DNA of 64,000 bases, taken from positions 79,732,001 through 79,796,000 of the forward strand of contig NC_042998.1 of the NCBI RefSeq assembly GCF_006345805.1, in the 5' to 3' direction. This DNA comes from Octopus sinensis (taxonomy: Eukaryota). The notes beneath the pieces were generated by a model. That model had not been told where the DNA came from. It did not search any database and saw only the letters and a program-made list of their open reading frames with translations. The position numbers were made by a program, and so were the translations under genes. Shown here in pieces: positions 26,648 through 39,979 of the stretch; the stretch's first letter is position 1; each line of letters begins with the position of its first letter.

Positions 26648-26984
26648 TTACTTACACACACACACAACAGGTTTTTTTTCAGTTTTCATTTACCAAATCC
26701 ATTGAGAAGGCTTTGGTTACCCTGAGGCTATAGAAGACACTTGCTTAATGTGCCACATAGGGAAACTAAACCCAAAGCCAGATAGTCGGAAAGAACCTTC
26801 TTAATCACATAGCTATGCTGGCACCTCAGTAAATAACAGTATTTATTTTCATCTCTTGATATTCTGAGATCAAACCCTCCTGATGGGAAGAAGGAGTGGG
26901 TAAGTGGAGGTTGAGGGGGTGAGCCAATAGAATAAGTACCAGTAATGTTATTTTTCAATTTTAAAAATTTATTTATTCACTTTA

Positions 26985-28062
26985 TGTAATTTAGGAGAGA
27001 AGAGGCAGTGCCTATGACTTTTGCTGGCTCTCTCAGATCAGTGAAAGTCTGCAGGGAAAAATATGGACTTGTAGAGGTATCTGATATCCTCACTATTTGA
27101 GAGACACAACAGGAATGATCTCGTTTGAGATTACAGCCATCTTTGGCTGGGCTGTTCCTGTTGTGTCCACTGATCTGATTGGTTGGCAATGGGCGCGGTT
27201 TGTCTCTACTTATTTCGTGCCACTGTGCAAAGTCAACCAATCACGGCATCTCGTGACACTCTTTTTCCTAGGCTCTGTTTGAGCCATTTCTCCTCTATAT
27301 AAAGGTCTTGCTTTCAGTATATGAGGTCTTTGACTCTAGACCTTTTAAGGTCTAGTCTAGTCACTGACCATCATCGTACTCAGCCGTGTTCCAGTTTCCA
27401 GTGACAGATGACCAGTCAGCCAGCCACTAAGACGCTATTATACACCACAGCGACAGACAGAAAGTTTTCTATCTCCTCTGCCATCGTCACCATCATCGTA
27501 CCAACTTTACGTTGTCTCTACCATTGTTGACTTTACCACCGTCAACTACAGATATGTACACACCATCTACACAGATTCAACTCACGCTGTTAGAGTGAAC
27601 CTTTCACCAAGTATAACAGTCCATCTGAAGAATTCTATATTAAGAAACTCAGCTCAGCGTTGAGGCTACAACCGCAGCACAGCATATTCACCCAACTTGC
27701 CTCCGCCTCGAGACACATCTTGTATAGAACTCTTGCATATTGTGTACTTCACGCATGAACTGGTAATCTAAATTCCATCTTAACACTATGCTGAGACTTT
27801 CATCTTATGCTCTGTATTTCTGTGTTATACGCATTCACCTTTGTATCTGTCACACACAGACACAAACACTTGTTGCATGCACACATACGCTCTATCTTGC
27901 TAGCACTCCAACACTCTAACTTTAACACCTTAATAAAATCTTCTCTTCTCTCAAACAGTGGAACGGCTTGTCGTCATTCATATATATTCTGTTGGCACTG
28001 TATTATATATGTTGTATTATGGCTTATCTTATTTTGTTGGGAATGCGACCGTGCGGCTTACA
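26985..28062 (+). mobile_element. Probable solo LTR
   Basis: TGTAA…TTACA termini; ATTGG 27178, CCAAT 27237, TATATAAAG 27296, AATAAA 27932; CpG-richer than flanks. No TSD recognised. Confidence 0.55.
27178..27304 (+). promoter_or_regulatory. CCAAT-box plus TATA-box Pol II promoter module inside the putative LTR
   Basis: Inverted CCAAT at 27178-27182, CCAAT at 27237-27241, TATATAAAG at 27296-27304, at canonical spacing. Confidence 0.5.
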
Positions 28063-29027
28063 AAAGGAGACCTATGTCACCAACCTCTTCACATATGGTT
28101 GTATTCCTACAGACTAGAAAGGAAGCAGGATTCTGCTCTGAAAGCTTGCAATACCATGAACTAGCTAAAGGTATGCATGTCTGAGGTAATGGTGTTAAAT
28201 AGGAGGCATATTTAGTCAACCACACAAATTAAAGGCATCAGACCATGTGACATGAAAGTGTTAAACCAATTGACATGAAAGACCTATAATTCAAATTAAA
28301 GACATTAAACCATGTGATGGTATTAAATTGTATATCTTGTATACTGTGTATGCAATTTTTGGCTTGCATTACTGTCTTCCTTCACTTGACTTATTGTTAC
28401 TTTCTGTCCCCTCTTTTACCCTTTTTGAATGAGTTGCAGTAGCTAGGAGGAAGATAGATGATAGTAACGGGATACCAGAGCAAGCCCTTGAGGAACAATA
28501 AAGGATATAGGCAGGTGCCGAGCAAATCTTCAGGAGCAAGAGAGGGAAAGGAGAGGTGGGAAGTTATAAGAGTGCAAAGGAAGAGTAACAGACGCTTAGA
28601 TCTGGGGTAGAGATGAATGAAATGTGATGAACAGGGGCGGAGCTGCTGCTTCATTATAGAAAAACCAAGTAGTGTGTTAAGTCTAGCATGCAAATCAAAG
28701 GCACCAGACAAGTGATGATGTTAAATCAGGTGGTGTGTCAGCTCTACCATGTAAATTAAAGGTGCCTCATCTGATGACATTTGTCCACTGCTACAAATGT
28801 ATCAAAATTAGTTCAATGACATATCCCTCTCCTTCACCTTATTATGCAAATGCAAGAAATAATGATTAACATTTTTGGTATCAATCCACCTGATATTACA
28901 TCTGGTTCCAGGATTTGAAACAAAAAAAAAAAGTCAATAAATTTGGTTTCTTAGACATAAAATTTCCTAGAAAATTGTTTTAGTTATAATAAATCTCTGA
29001 ATGAGATGTAAACAGTAACCGCTCGAC

Positions 29028-29324
29028 AACATAAAGTATACTAGCCATCTTAATATGGCTAACCACTAAGGGTGGGTGTTACTGTAGTTTTTAGCCCCTA
29101 GAGATCATCGTCTCCAGCTGGCTTTAGACACACTTTCTGTGCCCTTATGATATTTGCAAAGGGAGGTCATCCCTCTCTCTCTCTCCCTCCCTTTGCAAAT
29201 ATCATAAGGGCACAGAAAGTGTGTCTAAAGCCAGCTGGAGACGATGATCTCCTGAGGCTAAAAGCTACAGTAACACCCACCCTTAGTGGTTAGCCATATT
29301 GAGATGGCTAGTATACTTTATGTT
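29028..29324. repeat. Long inverted repeat (foldback): 139-bp arms, 19-nt loop
   Basis: Arms 29028-29166 and 29186-29324 pair at 134 of 139 positions; mismatches at 29051, 29088, 29097, 29099, 29100. Confidence 0.97.
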
Positions 29325-30849
29325 TTAGTTATTCTAAACTTATAAAGACTGCTTCAGAAAATGTTTCTCCCAAGCTAAGTTCTTCACTCATAGATGAAAA
29401 GAGTTAAATATATTAACAGTGCTAAAGAGTTTTAATTTTTGCAGAATAACATAAAATGAATTCACCAGAGTGTAACTGAAGGCTTGAAGTTGTACTTGTC
29501 AAGCAAGTAAGTTGATATGAGACTGTGTGTTGCAACTGAAGCAATTACACTGTGATACAGCCATACTAGCCATTTAATAACATACAAAGCTGTTGAATTC
29601 TCTTTAATTTATATAATGAGCTGTCAAAATTTTCATCATATGACTGTGACAAAAATGTTGCATTGAAACTGTGTCAGTGGCCAGATTTGCAGTTGTGGGA
29701 CAAAAATTTCAATACTTCACAAAATAAATTTAAAGTGAAAAACATCTGATGAGGTAGTGAAGGCTGATCTCAAGATGCTCTTATATCTTGCTTATTACCC
29801 TCTACTTACTGATCTATCATCCCTATCCCCTCCCACCCAATACTGATACTTCTCATCAAGCAGCACTTCCACCCCTGTTTATCACTTATTTCAGTCATCT
29901 CTACCCCTGATCTAAGCATCTGTTACTCTTCCCTCATACTCATAACACCCACCTCTCCTTCCCCTCTCTTGCTCCCTGAGGATTTGCTCTGGCACCAGCT
30001 CATATCTTCTATTACTCTCTGAGGGCTTGCTCTGGTACCCCATCACTATCATCTTATCTTCCTCTCAGCTATTCTTACCCTTATGCAATGCAGGGTAGCC
30101 ATATATCTTGAATATAACAAGACACATGTGCTTGTCCCTTAATTATACTTTAAGCTTCCAACACCTGACATAAAAACATCTCTTCTCACTCTCAAATCCT
30201 CCCACCACCTAGCCAAAAGAGCTTTTTCCTTGTTTTTCCTTTCTTGTAAGTTATTTGGCAACCTCACTTGTGCCAGTAGCACAAAAAAAAAGCACCCAGT
30301 ACACATTGTTTGGAAGGGCATCTATCATAGAAACTCTGTGAAAGCTGACATTGAAGCACAATACAGCCTTGTGGCTTCCAATAATACCTGCCAAACAGCC
30401 CAACCCATGCCAGCACGGAAAACATGTAAATTGATGATGATGATGATGATGATGATGAATCTAACAGTTTTGTATGTAATTAGATGGCTAAACTGATACT
30501 ACCACAATGGAACTGAAGTTGTTCATCTTAAAACACTTAGTTCAGTATCACTTGTACTCTCATTCTCTCTCTCATTGGTTTAAGAAGTATTTTACTGTGA
30601 TGTAATCAGAGCTTAAAGGCAGATACACTACAATGGTTGCCCCTGGTTACTATCTTTAGCTAGGCTTGAAGTTTAACATATGAGCTTATTGTATTCAGGG
30701 CTCAAGTGCATTACAACACATCAGGAAATGATAAAAGAAGTAACAGAAAACAGCAATAAGTAAGGAAAGCTAAAGGTACATGACACAGAACACAGGATAG
30801 AACAGAAGACATTCTAAGAAACACAGAGAGGAAAAGGTGCATTGGCACA

Positions 30850-31960
30850 TCAGGAGCATTGCCAGCAAATATAGAGAAGTATGGATTTTTTTAAAAGGAG
30901 GCAGTGTCCCTTCAGCTAACAATAGATGTGGATGGTTTATTTCAAGCTTCTGAGAGCGTAAAAAATGTTTCCAAAATCATGGGTACTGTGCTGTTTTTTG
31001 TTTTTAATTTCATAAGCATATCTGATGGGTATAAAGATATTGAATTCAAAAAGGTGGCCAAAATTGTTGGAAAAATGGCAGATAATTTTGTGGACTTCTA
31101 TATTTTTATTCTCTTCCTATAGACATTCATCAATTCCTACTATCTCCATCTGCAGCAGGCATCACATTAACATGAGATACTTGCTGCCATAGAATTCAAT
31201 CTTTGGCAAGTGTTCAGAGAAATTATGTTAAGACCTATCCATGCTGTGATATTATCTTTCCATTTCTTAGGTTGCCAACCTCTGTTTCTCTTTCTTTTAA
31301 TCATGCCTTCCAAACAGATCTCACTGACACCACAAATCATTCAATGTGGCTAAACAGTTTGAGTACTTTATGTTTGATGACAGAGGAGGTAATTGGTGGT
31401 AATTTGGTTATTTGCCTAAGATCTCCAATTCTGACATGGTCTGAGAGTTTGGTGTTCATAAGTCACATTACATGATTCTGAAAGTTTCTATAGTTCAACA
31501 GAAGTCAAGTTGACACATTCAAGCCTATATAAAACTACAGGAAGAACATAGGTATTGTAGATGCTTGGTTTTATGTGATATGGGATCTGTTTTGAAGTAA
31601 GTGCAATTTCGTTCTTAACAAAGTCTGCTCAATCAAATTTGATTCTATGGTTCACAGCTATCATTCCATTGTTTGTGTCTGGAGTAGGTGAATTCAGAAA
31701 CTTTCTTTACTGATTTGGCATATATTGTATGGCTGAGGCCCAGATTAGATTTATCTCTTGTCATGCGTTCTATTCTTGATATGTAGATAGAAAGTCTGAC
31801 CTCTGCAGCACGCTTAGCAAGAGAGTCAACAAAAGATTGTAAGTCCTAACAAGATTTGCATATAGCAGAAATATCAACAGCATAGCTGAGATTGGAGAGG
31901 AGGTGTCTGCCATTGAGAATCCAGATGGACATTCATCTTCGGTTTTAGAAAGTATTACAA
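30850..31960 (-). mobile_element. Heavily decayed LINE remnants (RTE/CR1-like)
   Basis: Minus strand near 31150-31290 reads RQPKKWKDNITAWIG, like the RTE C-terminal RP.K.W.DNI..W. The rest is only weakly interpretable. Confidence 0.4.
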
Positions 31961-33847
31961 CAATTACTAATATCCTGTAGACATTAGTGATATGTAAAGA
32001 ACTAAGAACTGAAAATGTAAACAACTAAGAACTGAAAATGGGTCACAAAGTTTGTTCACCAAAAACTGACTTGTACTTTACATTACTAACAGTAATTGTT
32101 TATTCCCAAATGGCCCATACAAGAATTTGACCTCAGCCCTGCTAACTAGAGAAATGCTTTGAGAGAGGATGGGCTCTTCAGTATCTATTATTTTGCTAGA
32201 AATAACAGCCAAATCTCACTCAAATCACACTCTACCACCTCAAAAAAAGAAGCAAATGTATATTCAGAATAAAGTATTCTTAGCAACATTATCCTTTAAG
32301 CTTTAAACATGATCACACTTGAACAGCTTTCATCATGGGACTGCTCAGAGATAATTTGGTACCAAATAAAAACTACAAAATTTGTTGTAAATAATAAACC
32401 GAATCTAACAATTTAAAATTAAGTAGACTAGGCAAGAAAGGGTAGCAATGATATAAAATTTAAGTATACAACTGAAATTGTGATTTTTTATGTTTTTTTT
32501 TTGTAATCTAAGTTTTCTCAAAGGTTTATAAAACTAATTTTACATCAGAAATAAATATATATTCTATGGTATATTTAATTCATGGTGCAGAATTCTTGGC
32601 AAACGTCCTCTACTGTTGCTTTGGGCTGATCAATCCTTATCAGGGAAATTTGTAGGTAGAAGATGCATGGAAGCCCACCATGTATGTTTGTGTGTGCATG
32701 AAAGTTGTTTTTGCTTATTGCGTAAGACTGTCTGAGCAACAAAAAAAAAGAGAATAGTGTTGCGTTTACATTCTCCGTAAACATTATATCCTATAACTTC
32801 ATGATCTCATGAAATTAAAGCTCTCTTGTAAAGCAGGGAAGGATTGGTGGCAAGAAGAGTGGCTGGCTATAAAAAATACTGCCTCAAATAAGTACCCATC
32901 TAGAATGCATTTGGCCATAAAAATATGGCCTCAAATAAGTAAACATTCAACCTATACTTGTATCGAAAAAGATATGTAAAACAAACAAGTATACTCCATA
33001 ATATACAATAAAATTAGTTTCATAATGTATCTAGTTTGATACTCTTTATTTTCAACCACCTTCAACACACTGTGTAAAATAATATTTAGTTATTAAACTT
33101 TATATTTTTACTTTGATGAGGGGAATTGCTCATAGCTTTTTTCAGTCCTTCATAAATTAGAAAATAAGGTGAACAAGGTATGGTCACCCCCATCAATGTT
33201 TAGTTTAAAACTGTTGTAGTTCAAAGGTTAAATGGAACATAAAGAGAGTAAGAAAGATCCAGAAGGACAGTAGAGGGACATGAGGAGAGACAAGAGCAGC
33301 AAGTGGGAGTGTTAGAGTCATCAAGTTGAGAGAAGCAGAGGAAGATGTAGTAGAAGAGACAGAGAGAAGACAAAGCTTGATAAGCTTGAGGAGAAATCAG
33401 AACATAATTATCAAACTGAAAATTTTGGGGTATTTTGCTTTCTTGATACAAAGGACAATATGTCTGCATGTGTACACATGCACGCGCTAGTATGGGTGTA
33501 TATCAGCAAGTATATGTAACTCTATATACTCCCTTGTTGTAATCAATACTCTAAAATGATGTTCATGTTTCAAAATATGCATGCATGCACACACACACAC
33601 ACACAAGCATGTAATAGTGTTTCTTTTCAAATCTTGGTACAAAGCAAGCAAGTTTTAGTGGGGAGGTAAGTCAACCTCATCAACCTTAGAGTCTAACTGG
33701 TACTTATTTTATTGGAATTTGGCAGAATTTGATCTCAAAATGTAATGAGCTGAAAGAAATACTACTGTTAAGCATTTTGTCTGAGGCTCTAGTGGTTATG
33801 CTAGCTCATGCCTTCTATTGCCATAATAATGACAGTGAAATACTCAC

Positions 33848-34049
33848 CTACAGTCAAAGTGACAACAAATAAAGCTTGGTAAAGAGTGATTCCATTTTGG
33901 ATAAGATTCCATATATACACAAATAGTGGCAGACAGAGAACTGATGCCCAACAAAGCCAGACGATCAAATCCCAATAACGTCGGGGTATTGTACGTTTCT
34001 GGACTCCACTGAAACGACCTAGCATAGTGAACTGATCAAATAGTTTATC
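33848..34049 (-). CDS. AGPAT3/4: AGPAT3/4 coding exon 7 (DKLFDQFTMLGRFSG...RRYWDLIVWLCWASVLCLPLF...LFVVTLTV)
   Basis: 202 nt, tttccag|...|gtgagt; C-terminal hydrophobic segments. Confidence 0.94.
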
Positions 34050-35333
34050 CTGGAAATAGATAAAAACATATTTTAATAATGTGTGCTCAATAAGGTTGTT
34101 TGACTATCACCCACTCTAGCATACAGAGGCCCTACTTCTATCACAGTTACTTGTGTTCTGTACAGACGTCACTCCTCCTCTGCTGCTGCAGCTACTATCA
34201 CCACCACCACCACCACCATCACCATCACTTCTGCGGCGTACAAACATCCCACCACCAAATTTTGTTGTGTACAGACATCACTACTACCACCTGCTGTATG
34301 CATACTTCCTACTACTGCTTCTGTTGTGTACAGACACTGCATTACTACTATCACCACCACCATCACTACAATCACCACACTATTTCTACTGTGTACACAC
34401 TACAACTGTCACATTTGCAGCATACAGGTACCTCACCACTACCACCACCATTTCTGCTTTACCCACATCCTACACCACTATGACTACTTCTGCTGTATAC
34501 AGATGCACATGATAAATATGCTGTACATAACTTTCACACACGAGTGGAAATCATATATGTTTAATAAATATTTTTAGTTTGTCTGTGAAAAATAGACCCC
34601 TGTCGATAAATTACAGGGTTTTCAGTAACTTGAAGTGAGGCTCAGTCACTTACTTCACCTTAGAATCTGATGAGGCTCTAACATAAAAAGGACTTCTTAC
34701 AGAGAACATAAAAAGAATTATAGAATAATGATATGCATAGCCAACTTTATATAATGACAAGCATAATAGAATATATGTAAGATTGTTACATATATTCTAT
34801 TATACTCATTATAATTCTGCATACATTCCCTACAAAAGTTCTATTCTTAACTTTAGCAGCTTGTAAACAGATTGATCTTTTAATACAAAACTACCTGACA
34901 TCTCTCACAGTTCTTTGATACAAACTTCCAGTTTTAAAGTGATCTAAATCAAAATTAAAATCTTCCATCAAAAGTTCATGTTAATTCATGTTTTAAATAT
35001 CAACTTAATAATGATAGTTATATTATCAAATTCTTCATTATTTTCAAATTTATCAGAACTAAAAAGCTGTGTGTTTCAATAGAAATATGGTAAGAAAGAG
35101 GTTAATGAAAAGATAAAACTTGTCAGTTTGAACCTCATATGAAGCTGACAAAAAGTCTGTGGTTTAATTATGGGATCTATTTTCACAGTGAGACTTGATA
35201 ATGTCTATTAAGCACATTATACAGGACCTGCTTTTACATAATTACCCATAAGCATGTTGTATTGATACAATATTTATTGATATCCAGTCATCAAACAATA
35301 GTTTTTGGCTATCAAAATAAAAGAAACTCTTAC

Positions 35334-35412
35334 CTTTTCTTGATAGAGTTTATGGAGCCAGTTGGCACATTCTTTGCTATCGTTGTAAGGAACTGTATCA
35401 ATAGGGATTCTC
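35334..35412 (-). CDS. AGPAT3/4: AGPAT3/4 coding exon 6 (RIPIDTVPYNDSKECANWLHKLYQEK)
   Basis: 79 nt, cttcag|...|gtaaga; WLHKLYQEK is typical of AGPAT3/4. Confidence 0.95.
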
Positions 35413-35599
35413 CTGAAGAAAAAAGAGACATTTTGATGGTTGAGAAAGGTTAATATAAAATCATTATTAAAATCTTTTACATCTATATTTAGAAAACCCA
35501 CATGTTCAAATATCTCAATCCATTCTTTATTATAAATTCATCAATTTCTCTAGTATATCATTTATGGCTGCCTATAATGAATCCCATTTATTTTGCTGG

Positions 35600-36255
35600 A
35601 ATAATAATAATAATCCTTTCAACTATAGGCACAAGGCCTGAAATTTTGGGGGAGGGTACTAGCTGATTACATCAACCTCAGTGTTTCACTGATACTTATT
35701 TTACCGATCCCAAAAGGATGAAAGGCAAAGTCGACCTTGGCAGAATTTGAACTCAGAATATAGCGACAGGTGAAATACCGCTAAGCATTTCATCCAGCAT
35801 GCTAATGATTCTGCCATCTCACCGCTCTCATTTTTTTTAATAATGATTATAATAATGATCCTTTCTACTAAAGGCACAAGGCCTGAAATTTTGGGGGAGG
35901 GGGTAAGTCGATTACATCAACCCCAGTACTCAACTGGTACTTAATTTATCGACCGCAAAAGGATGAAAGGTAAAGTCAACCTCAGCAGAGTTTGAAATCA
36001 GAACGTAAAGATGGACAAAATGCAGCTAAGCATCTTGCCCTGTGTGCTAACAATTCTACCAGCTCGCTGCCTTAAATAATGATAATAATGATATTAATAA
36101 CTGTTTCTAATTTAGGTACAAGGCCAGCAATTATGAGAGAAGGTGGTTAGTTGATTAATCAACTTCAGTACTTCACAGTTGCTTCATTTTATCAACCCTA
36201 AAATGATGAAAGGCAAAGTTAACCCCAATACAATTTGAACTCAGAATGTAAAGAG
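35600..36255 (-). mobile_element. Three tandem SINE family B copies in AGPAT intron 5
   Basis: Three repeats of ggcacaaggcc…gatgaaaggcaaagt…tttgaactcagaa, each preceded on + by (AAT)n. Confidence 0.88.
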
Positions 36256-36367
36256 TCAAAAGAAATGCAGCAGGACAATTTTTACAATGATGATGACAAT
36301 GATGACAACGATGATTGATTGATTGATCGATTTATTGAAGAGAACACAGAACACAGTGCATACATAC

Positions 36368-36473
36368 CTTACATACATTTCAGCTCGACACATGCGTCCA
36401 TGTAAAATATTTCTCAGAGTTGGTTCAGCACCATCCTTACGAAATGCGACTGTACAGTCATATATAGCCGGGA
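36368..36473 (-). CDS. AGPAT3/4: AGPAT3/4 coding exon 5 (IPAIYDCTVAFRKDGAEPTLRNILHGRMCRAEMYVR)
   Basis: 106 nt, ttcttag|...|gtatgt; AIYDxT motif; frame-compatible. Confidence 0.94.
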
Positions 36474-36804
36474 CTAAGAATAGGAAAAGGAAAATTTTAT
36501 CTCTTGACAATAAGTTGATTTCTAATATTTGTACAAAACCACAAATTGTAAAAAGAGAGAGTGAGACATAATTGATTGTATTGAAATCCAGTGAATGACT
36601 GTTACTTATTGTATTGACCTCCAGTGATGATTAAAACCAGAACATAATGGAAGATTAATAAATGTCACAAGCATTTAGTCCAATACTTTTACTGACAAAC
36701 CACCATTTGCTTGTACAATTGGCTAAAGTTATTGTTGCACTGGACTACAAACAAGAAGAATTGATGAATCATAATGCAAATATTTATCTTAATTAATGCT
36801 TTAA

Positions 36805-36990
36805 CCCTTTTGTTACCATATTTGCCTTTGAAACAAAGAATTTAGTAAAATAAATGTTTTATTAACTTAATTATTTGGACAATAAATTAGCATGAAATTT
36901 TAATGGAAGGTTTTAATTTAAATCACTTTCAAAAAATAAATGTGTATCATCAGACTAGGGGCAGTCTTAGGTAGTTTAGTATCAAAAGGG
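36805..36990. mobile_element. piggyBac-like MITE with TTAA target-site duplication
   Basis: TTAA 36801-36804 | cccttttgttac…gtatcaaaaggg | TTAA 36991-36994; TIRs match 11 of 12. Confidence 0.8.
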
Positions 36991-37049
36991 TTAAGATGTC
37001 ATGCTAAAAAATTGGATCTGTATATAGCATATGACATTAGACATGGCCT

Positions 37050-37420
37050 GCTTGCTTAGCCCTCTCCTGGGTCTGGCCTTGTCATAGTGAGAGGGCTTGC
37101 ATGTTCTGCAGATCTGTTTGGAGCTTTACTCCTGGTAGGTCCACCCTAGGCAGTCCGGTTTCACAGTGAAGTTCCAGGTTAACAGTGGCCCACAGCACAT
37201 CGGCTCGTCACCAAAATGGCAGCCCCATCATCCGACTATTCTGTGGAGGGCTAACAACCCACCCAGAAGAACCTTCAACTTGTTTCAACACCAACCAGAA
37301 GAAACCAGATGGCTCAGCATCAGAATGAACCCCTGCATTTCTCCGACCAACAAAACTCAGAGATTTGACATCATCTTAGAGGATGCAAAGGGGCTGGCAT
37401 AGGACCACTATTGATAAGGG
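37050..37420 (+). mobile_element. Probable LINE 5' UTR fragment (RTE-like)
   Basis: ccttgtcatagtgagagggcttgcatgt…cctggtaggtccaccctaggca resembles recalled RTE 5' UTR wording; no ORF. Confidence 0.4.
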
Positions 37421-38529
37421 GCACTGGTGGATCTGGTTGACGACTCTATGCACCATGATGCTTCTGGGACCACTATGACCCCAGCCCCATTGAACAAGGG
37501 CATGGATGAGTGAGTGCTTGCCTAGCCAGTGGGATCATTTGAAAGCTAAAACAATGCAAAGCATATTGTGACCAGCAATGTATAATAACATCTGATAGTC
37601 TGGTCAATCATATGATCACATGATATGACATCAGACATTATCATCATCATCATCTTCATCCAGTGTTTTAAATCCAGGTTTTGTCCCTGTTAATGGGGGT
37701 GGCCAGATCTACCTCAATGCCATAGCAACTGCCCTCACACCATCTTGCCATCTCTTCTGCTAATATGAGGTTTGCTTGGAACTGGATTTTCTACGGGAAG
37801 CATGCCCTTGCTTACGCCCAATCTCAGTTTCTGGACATGAATGGTCCCAAGAACAAGGCTTCTACCATGAGTTTTAAGAAATGTGGTGGAAGGCAGGGAT
37901 GCTACTCTCTGAGACCTCTTTCAGAGCCCCCTACCAAGACATCAGACATTATAAAGAACTAAATTGAGATGTAAAAGAAAAAGGAGCTGACAAGATTAAA
38001 TCATGTACCTTTCACTTACACAATAACTGTATAATTAGTTACACTAGTGTTTTTATTCCATCTTCTTCAAACACTATAAAATTTTCTATTATTTTAATTG
38101 ACTAATGAATTATCTTCACTCGTTAATTCATCAGTCACTTAACACTAACAGGTAAGGTCATTCAACTAATACCTATTTCTTTTAATTCTACCTGTTTTAT
38201 CTTTTGCACTGCAGCCAAAAGGTGGTGATGATTTTAATTCTTGCAAATCTCCGGCAACAGAAAATGTCTATGGTTATCTATGGCTACTAATGTGTGTGTC
38301 TGTCAAACATCATTCAGATTAATGAACTTATTAAAAAAAAAAAAACTGAAAATACTCATAAATTGCATGGTTGAGGTGCAAAAGTCATGGCTTATGGTTC
38401 ATGATGTGTTGAAATATAATAAACATACGTTGCATTAAGGGGACAATTCAATTTAATCATAATTATCATCAAATGGTCAAAATTTATCTAAATTAAATTT
38501 ATATAGCATTGTACCCTACAAAGACTTAC

Positions 38530-38683
38530 TTTTGCCCTTCATTGCCTGAAGAGATAGCACAAATCCTTTTGTACGGGGCAATAAGTGGTGCTTTAGATAG
38601 GGGAAACCTTTTTTCTCAGCAACTTCCATACTGATCCTGTGTTTCTCCTCAGTGAATCGAGTACCTTCACAGAACAACAGTAT
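38530..38683 (-). CDS. AGPAT3/4: AGPAT3/4 coding exon 4 (ILLFCEGTRFTEEKHRISMEVAEKKGFPYLKHHLLPRTKGFVLSLQAMKGK)
   Basis: 154 nt, ccatag|...|gtaagt; EGTR and LLPRTKGF motifs. Confidence 0.96.
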
Positions 38684-39908
38684 CTATGGAGAGGAACAAG
38701 ACAAAGAAGTTCATGAAACTAATAATAAGTTAAACAGTTTTTATCAGGAAATATTTTAGCTAGTGTAAAAAGTGATTTATCAAGTTAGGTCATCAGCACA
38801 TTCATATTAACTTTACAAATCCATGTTATTTTAAACCTATACACATAGGTAAGATTCCAAACCAAACATTAACTGCATTGATTCCATCAGTCTGAGAAGG
38901 AGGCTGTCCACACCCTCCTCCCTTAAGCAAAGAGAGAGAGCGAAAGAGAGAGAGACAGAGAGAGAGAGAGACAGAGAGAGAGGAATGGATTTCAGTAATA
39001 TATGAGTGGCAAATATAACAAATAACATACATGAAAACATGGAAGAGCATTTTGATACTGTCATAATGATTATAGAAGTTTCATATGATGAATGACTGAC
39101 AGTCATTTAGTCAAAACAAATGAACAGATGAATACCAATTGTAAACCATACAATAAATGTGATACCAACAACTCCATTCTTCACTTATTTATACTGTAAC
39201 TAAAGGTAACATTCTGGATTTTCATTGTGAAACTAGTGTTTCTATTGGAGATAATTTATTAACCATCTGGTTAGACAGTGTTTGCAAGAATAGCGACTGA
39301 GATAACAGTCTGGATTCCCAGATCCCCTCTCCTACACTCTTTCTATCTCTCCTCCTCTCCCTCTGTAATATTGCATTATTTATGCATATACACCCACCCA
39401 CCACCACACCACATGACTAAAGATAGAAGAGAGGAGAAAAGAGAGAAAAAAATAATAATAAAACACAGATACAAACAGGGTAATACACACATAATAAACA
39501 TATATGCATTACCTGTGATACATATAAGAAATAGAGATAGATAAATATAAAAAGTAAAAATAAATATATTTGTCACATAACCTGTGATAAATATAAAAAA
39601 TAGATTTAAAAAGTCTATATAAAGTGCTTGGATACAAACATAAAAAGCGAACCCATATACACACACAAACAATAACTTCACAAACAATATCAACAACATG
39701 ACTAACAACAACAGTGGAGGTAACAATGATGGCAATAACAACAACAACTACCATGATGGCAACACTGTGGGCGAACACACAAACACAGAGAGATACAGGA
39801 ACTGTACCAAATTTTTGGGTCCTAGGACAGCAGCAGCGATAATAGGGTGAGAGAATGGAGCTGAGGGGAAGGCCATACCGCTGCTAAGAACAATAACACA
39901 CACACAAG

Positions 39909-39911
<3 letters not shown>

Positions 39912-39979
<68 letters not shown>

